The position numbers were made by a program, and so were the translations under genes. The notes beneath the pieces are model-generated. The model was not told where the DNA came from, did no database searches, and was given only the letters and a program-made list of their open reading frames with translations. Positions 61,601-64,000 of a DNA stretch of 64,000 bases are shown piece after piece. Numbering within the stretch: position 1 is the first letter of the stretch; every line of letters begins with the position of its first letter. Source of the stretch: Ruminococcus flavefaciens (GTDB lineage Bacteria > Bacillota > Clostridia > Oscillospirales > Ruminococcaceae); the NCBI GenBank assembly GCA_902762855.1, contig CACWPR010000001.1, forward strand, positions 7,656 to 71,655, written 5' to 3'.

Positions 61601-63902
61601 TATCAGAATCAGCTGTATCACGGCTTATGAGCTGATTATCGCTGTCATAAACAGAAAAACCGCTTTCCCATATATCAATAGCCTTGTCCTCATCAATTGA
61701 TGTATCAATTGAAACAGGATAGCTGCTTTTCAGAATAGAATAAGCCTTTTCTACAATGTGATCCTCGTCAAGCTCTTTCAGGAGCAGCTTTTTGACTTCG
61801 GCTTCATTGCGTATAATATCATCATCAACAATGGCATTGCTTGCAAATACCGATACAACCTTGTTTGCATACTCATTGTTTATCCAGAGTGCATCTTGCA
61901 GCTCCGGCACAAGTCTTTCATCAACCCAGAAAAAAGCCTTTTCCTGACTTTCTATTGTTTCTGAATGAACATCGCTACGTTCAGAAGAATCCTGTTCGAT
62001 TGTAGGAGCATCTTCTTCAATTCTTATTCCGGCTTTTTGCAGTTCTTCATCCTCGATAGAAACAAGTTCATCAAAGTTAAGGTTACTAAGAGCGAGCCTT
62101 GTCATTTCAGCGAGGTTCTCATACTGTTCCTCTTTTACAACAACTGAATTGATAGTAGTAATAAGAGCTGCCTTATCGAGATCAGCATTGACCTGAATCT
62201 CATACTCCTGTCCGTATATCTCATCGGTAGTATATGCCAGACCAAAAATGTTTTCAGAGCTTGGTAAATGCGTATCGTCACCATATTCCTTTATGTAAAA
62301 GTCGGATATAGCATTAAGTGCAGCTCTTTTATCTTCGTGCAGCTGGGCGAATTCGACTGCTTCTTTGAAGTTATTATTGATTATAAGGTCAGTAAACTTG
62401 TCGATTTCATCGGCAGAGAAAGTGCTGTCTATCGCTGCAATAGAAGAAACATCAAATCCATTGCTGATAGCTGCGAGAATCCTATCTTGCTGTTCGCTGC
62501 TGAATCCTTTTTCATTCAGGCTGATACTAATATCATACCTTGTTTTCAGATCTTCGATACCCTTTAACGCTGCTGCATACTCAGGAGAGAAGATATCTGT
62601 GATCTTCTTCAACTCAATAGCTTTCGCAGCAAGCTCAGAGAGCTGTTCATTGCTGTACTTTGGTTCAAGGTGAGTATCTATGCTGATATAGTCAAGGGTA
62701 GCTGCTTCTGCTGTATAGTGCCTTAAAGAGGCTATCTGCTCATCAGAAAAACCTTTTTCGGCAAGAGCTGAATCTATGAGATAGATGTTTCGTGCGACAT
62801 TCATATACTTCTCAAAGTTCGCAGTATCCTTTGCCGATACAGTAAATGTCACCATTCCGTCCTTTATCTGACCGGAGTAGTGTATTCCGAGATCATCTAT
62901 TGTTGACTTGATATACTTGTTATACAGTTCCTCAGAAATAATACCGTTATAGAATATCTTATCTTCAATATCCCTATATGCTGTATTTCCGATGATATTC
63001 AGCTGTAAATTATCTCGTTCCTGATCGTTTCCTCCGCTGCCAGACGGTAATTGTTCCTCAGACCTGTCATTTTCATAAGATTCCCGGCTTTCTCCGCTGC
63101 CTTGTACTCTGTGTCTGCTGCCATCATTGCCTGTTCTGCTTTCTGGAGCTGCTCCTGACTCTGTTCTTCCACTTCCTGAAGGTGCTGAAACAATATTCTG
63201 CTGTTCAGCATTTCTTTCAGGACTTCCTGTTGTTCTTCCGCCAGATATTTCAGACGCATCTGTGCGAACCGTCCTATCTCCGGAGAGAGCTGCTGCTTGC
63301 CTGTTATCGTGTTCAGCTCTGCTATCCTGTAACTCTCGTTGATCTTCACTATGCTGTACTTCATTATCCTTTTCACTCCTTTTAGCTATAAGTTCATAGA
63401 ATGTGTGCTTTCTTGCGTGAATGATCTCTTTTTCGATCTCTACAACTCTATTGTAGTTTTTACCGCTTACTGTAATTACAGCTTTTCTCGGACCGTAAAC
63501 ACAGCCTGAGAACTGTATGCCCTCACGTTCAAGCTCCTGTGCTACTCTCAGAGCTACGTCAGCTCCGGAAGTGTGATACTTTTTATCCGGAATATACCTA
63601 TATTCAGCATTTCCGATGATATTCTTATCCGGGGGAGAATATGGTTTAGCAAGCTCAGATGCTTTCAGGACGTTCATCATATCCTCTCCGAGAATAGCTT
63701 CAAGTTTTTCTGTATCTTTTGTGTTTACGCATATTCTCGCTGCTGTCTTACCTTTAGCATTAACGGTAAAAGCGTAATAATTGATACCGGATAATTCAAG
63801 TTTTTCCGCAGCTTCTTGCATAAGAGCTTCTGACATTGTGTAAGCTGTCTTATCCTTATTATCGACTGCTGAAAACCATATTTCATTTCCGACAGTATTC
63901 AA
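52617..63902 (-). CDS. Giant (3761 aa) DarB-like adenine methyltransferase/SF2 helicase with YodL-like and other accessory domains
   Basis: [11 protein letters not shown] and GNVPFG (MTase); [13 protein letters not shown] (helicase); [12 protein letters not shown] (YodL-like); TTG start with AAGGAGG RBS. Confidence 0.85.
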   Translation of the reverse strand: MNTVGNEIWFSAVDNKDKTAYTMSEALMQEAAEKLELSGINYYAFTVNAKGKTAARICVNTKDTEKLEAILGEDMMNVLKASELAKPYSPPDKNIIGNAEYRYIPDKKYHTSGADVALRVAQELEREGIQFSGCVYGPRKAVITVSGKNYNRVVEIEKEIIHARKHTFYELIAKRSEKDNEVQHSEDQRELQDSRAEHDNRQAAALSGDRTVRTDASEISGGRTTGSPERNAEQQNIVSAPSGSGRTESGAAPESRTGNDGSRHRVQGSGESRESYENDRSEEQLPSGSGGNDQERDNLQLNIIGNTAYRDIEDKIFYNGIISEELYNKYIKSTIDDLGIHYSGQIKDGMVTFTVSAKDTANFEKYMNVARNIYLIDSALAEKGFSDEQIASLRHYTAEAATLDYISIDTHLEPKYSNEQLSELAAKAIELKKITDIFSPEYAAALKGIEDLKTRYDISISLNEKGFSSEQQDRILAAISNGFDVSSIAAIDSTFSADEIDKFTDLIINNNFKEAVEFAQLHEDKRAALNAISDFYIKEYGDDTHLPSSENIFGLAYTTDEIYGQEYEIQVNADLDKAALITTINSVVVKEEQYENLAEMTRLALSNLNFDELVSIEDEELQKAGIRIEEDAPTIEQDSSERSDVHSETIESQEKAFFWVDERLVPELQDALWINNEYANKVVSVFASNAIVDDDIIRNEAEVKKLLLKELDEDHIVEKAYSILKSSYPVSIDTSIDEDKAIDIWESGFSVYDSDNQLISRDTADSDSKYAWFDSNTVYKAAPKDIEVQQMYDDICNIIENLDVDEDYSISKMYMEFDWIDFNTGQNAYINALDDLRSGYTLNLRNYFEAARNDAEREGNDNVLSDSKQALELLNKLENNFTYKAIEREGLAKRLSGQDMEKYYVNYEDKSVTLTRYSQEKQQLEYYNVYEKQLEKALNSENFREYILSNCFSYGINSTNDSFDYDAREFFKPDEDFNNKDNAADDELREVIDRFQRVDEIAQEEVEPEYTDKEMSFLTGDIVKFMAKADLAWDEIEDMGYVLFEKGYTDKHNPGEKIKFGNNLPETALFDLSRRMNSGEDIRKDLALAMLGNQKTFRNSNWDEFIIEYGEESFTAKYGNAEREVTYEAMGEGYLSLIEGEYNDIVFGRTVQDLHDELPELSEDTAKELIAAFDGAVMHDWENDQIKTNRIKQALNGILNNEEQTEKAFASIAYMKYDVRIEEEKAAEQPALVLDDISEPESGETSSPESGFAKGPIVDGVQVYAALVDEVIKGTAFENGKLRIQEFYEKSRSQPNHPTTNELADFMKKEYGTGGHTGDGNISLVSFDSKGVTFSFENGEKYAFSWEETATAAEYSLSNNTYLSSEQQTEWQKIKAERSPEEYSEPYKIEIGDKFKNKATGVISEVVSLSGALPYYTDDYTVKRMSGAFEITENVSYNNLMSSLYEYVGNATQEKELSAPELADTLPVIKNLSQLKAAIKPGMTFEIDEHHRTECVGERRVVTSVNTVGFTSQKLDENGQLSGKDIHMEWDKASNWTFENNTYTSRLDNKELLMSFHFIDTQELYKEPFREEIAGADSNTKYLIRENSDEQYKYNVQILTSTDGKDFAYSGNGKFCETLDEAREFVSKDIAERAAQPKKFPNTIEHRNYTALVKQFPDIMNKEHNYEKRESDTYEPLSLEWIDKDKLSVMHTYISNGDLMYDPDIVLRIDHENQTAAAVSYEQSDMGVYQVCEDKPLQQREINSFMNTWLKNLERQDHTLTRAIAEHSFEGDVHDISIEYQNGSITAVNGDERAVSDYISSKGIEIAAAPEETYKIYQLKDNEYNRQFEFEGSDWLDEHQINPVISDYDEVYSGNLDDIEFKQHKLDGIYQKFNVDHPTDFRGHSLSVSDVIVLNQKGKETAYYVDSFGFKELPEFFKERSEIQISAEDKGNNEYRDKVKSIYEYEVKNSVPESERMTKWSNEQPVPTAKPEYKGDIGISENMISDRYEEIQSVEKAAPTIQELSVGDIIETEGKQWKVDKIDGDFAIYLTNTDKNDIMSCMSHIGHWKEKLDYTLIEKAGNEVEQPEFSQLSLFEAMEDAVTAEPVANAVTIETNEAEKPEKLDFRITSDIQSGGAKEKFRNNVAAIRTLKTIEEENRIATPEEQAILAKYVGWGGLSQAFDATNDSWRKEYSDLRLLLNNDEYNAARASTTTSFYTSPVIIEEMYAALGNMGFKGGNVLEPAMGVGNFFGLMPEDMRNNSQLTGVELDSISGRISKQLYQSADIKVKGYEKTLFSDNKFDIAVGNVPFGDIMVADSRYDKHHFKIHDYFFAKTLDKVRPGGVVAFVTSKGTLDKQSDTVRKYLAERAELVGAVRLPNNAFKSLAGTEVTSDILFLQKREEPVIGAEPEWTKLGHTADGLQINKYFEDHPEMIIGKIVEGNKLYGNKDTMCVPVEGQDLRTELRKALQNISCEIKPVERAEKSDITVSAPEKLTVLPAEDEKNFSYVIKDNQLYYRNNENLLPVKNSGSYKRIYGMTEINAAVRDVLDIQLNGGSDVQVQAAQDKLTAKYDKFVAKFGNLNDKANIKAFKDDISSPLLQSLEKVENGQVVGKADIFSKRTVRPKVEITHVSTSQEALAISISERATVDLDYMQSLTGFDRNKLISDLHRVIYPNPERIDSEGNPKYEMADEYLSGNIRNKLAAAEAAAENDIIYSSNVEALKAAMPEKLTAGDIDIRLGATWIPIDYIQQFMVETFKTPRTLQPYEHKWRGASIEVKYSGATATWSITNKSADKYNVTVTTTYGTEKRNGYQLLEDALNLRDTKVTKKIETDEGKEKNVLDDKATAAARQKQRAIKEAFKEWVFKDPERREFLVERYNVLFNSTKPREYDGSHLSFPGMNPEITLKDHQKNAIAHALYGGNTLFAHEVGAGKTFEMIATAMEGKRLGLHHKSLMVVPNHLTEQMGQDFLRLYPNANILVATKNDFTKENRQKLCAKIATGNFDAVIIGHSQITKIPVSIERQQKTIQEQIDDLRNGIEEMQDQDGAKFTVKQMEKAVKNLETKLEKLQNENQDDVVTFEQLGIDKMFVDEAHEFKNLFLTTKMTNVSGISTNQNTKKTPDLYAKCRYLDEITGNRGTTFATGTPVANSMTEIYTMQKYLQSDRLEELGLKHFDCWAANFGETVSAYEVRPAGNDYRMKTRFAKFNNIPELMSLFKEVADIKTSDQLNLDVPECETQTIVAKPTKIQTDIVASLAERADKIQSGSVDSSVDNMLCVTNDGRKCGLDQRLINPLLPDEPGTKVNLCVENVFNIWNETKEDRSTQLIFCDMGVPNIKGDPVKKDAEDEEKVNDDAIEEVGKISIYDDIREKLVAKGVPREEIAFIHEAKNETAKAEMFAKVRRGDIRVLIGSTAKMGCGTNVQTKLVASHDLDAPWRPADMEQRRGRMVRQGNENKEVHLFRYVTEKTFDSYLFQTLENKQKFIGQIMTSKSPARNCADVDANALSYSEVKALCAGNPLIKEKMTLENEIAELKMIKSSYDNQHYQLQDNVLKKYPVELEATTKRIGYIKEDIKYLEGVPDRLNEDGKKILDIKIGGVTYSEREKAGEALLYAMRDKCTPNAEKMETLAEYKGFKVSISFNSWQQQYVAELKRENQPYRINLGTSPGGNITRIENAISGLPQSLDNLIAREAELKTLIAEGEIEMNKPFPQAAELHDKMERLAQIEIELQPPEKVTDKDAKESDKQTAENVQEKPLFSRSIQRDYAEKAKSSIPDSSQEKEEL
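62999..63364 (-). CDS. tnpV: TnpV-like protein nested in an alternative frame of the giant gene
   Basis: [20 protein letters not shown]...[12 protein letters not shown] matches the recalled TnpV pattern; AGGAG RBS upstream. Confidence 0.62.
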   Translation of the reverse strand: MKYSIVKINESYRIAELNTITGKQQLSPEIGRFAQMRLKYLAEEQQEVLKEMLNSRILFQHLQEVEEQSQEQLQKAEQAMMAADTEYKAAEKAGNLMKMTGLRNNYRLAAEETIRNEIIYS

Positions 63903-63914
63903 TTCGATTCCTCC

Positions 63915-64000
63915 TTATAGCGACTGCTCGTCCTTTTTTCGTTCAGCTGTCTTTACAGCAGCTCTTTCGCTGTTCTGAGCCTGAGCTTTTGAAGTAAAAG
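63915..64000 (-). CDS. 3' end of the upstream ICE gene (partial)
   Basis: ...FTSKAQAQNSERAAVKTAERKKDEQSL*; its TAA overlaps the RBS of the giant gene. Confidence 0.55.
   Translation of the reverse strand, partial: FTSKAQAQNSERAAVKTAERKKDEQSL

Larger units (their letters stand above)
35431..64000. mobile_element. Probable ICE inserted at the 3' end of tRNA-fMet; other end outside window
   Basis: Shift to AT-rich DNA after the tRNA; mobC-relaxase, ssb, parA/parB, resolvase, TA genes, giant methylase/helicase. No att duplicate, integrase or T4SS visible. Confidence 0.8.

Overview
The window looks like a cellulosome-bearing Ruminococcus-type chromosome (several dockerin proteins). Bases 1-35430 are ordinary core genome: rsmA, the glgBCDA operon, a SpoIIE-like phosphatase, feoAAB, an ECF sigma factor, dockerin-bearing CAZymes (CE1-like esterase, GH43, GH30, GH16), pta, a P-type ATPase, tRNA-Arg and tRNA-fMet. 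Directly after tRNA-fMet the composition becomes visibly more AT-rich and one end of a probable integrative conjugative element (ICE) begins. It carries a candidate oriT, mobC, a relaxase, ssb, parA, parB, toxin/nuclease cargo, a resolvase and a 3761-aa methylase/helicase. No integrase or T4SS genes lie in the window. The main unexplained signal is a 21-bp palindrome, AGTGTGTCAC-[C/G]-GTGACACACT. I found 14 copies in 12.7 kb (38646-51331) and none elsewhere. Almost all sit at stop-codon/RBS junctions or beside promoters. The half-site resembles chromosomal parS and the odd symmetry resembles the KorB operator, and parA and parB lie inside the array. It may be a KorB-like partition/regulatory system or the recombination sites of a gene-cassette array; the sequence alone cannot decide. 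Other candidates: a structured ncRNA plus terminator ahead of a PBECR4-like nuclease, a TnpV-like gene nested in another frame of the giant gene, a shared C-terminal motif on three ICE proteins, an unannotated 30-aa hydrophobic peptide gene, and a sigma4/alpha-CTD fusion protein. All family calls come from motif recognition by eye, not database searches.
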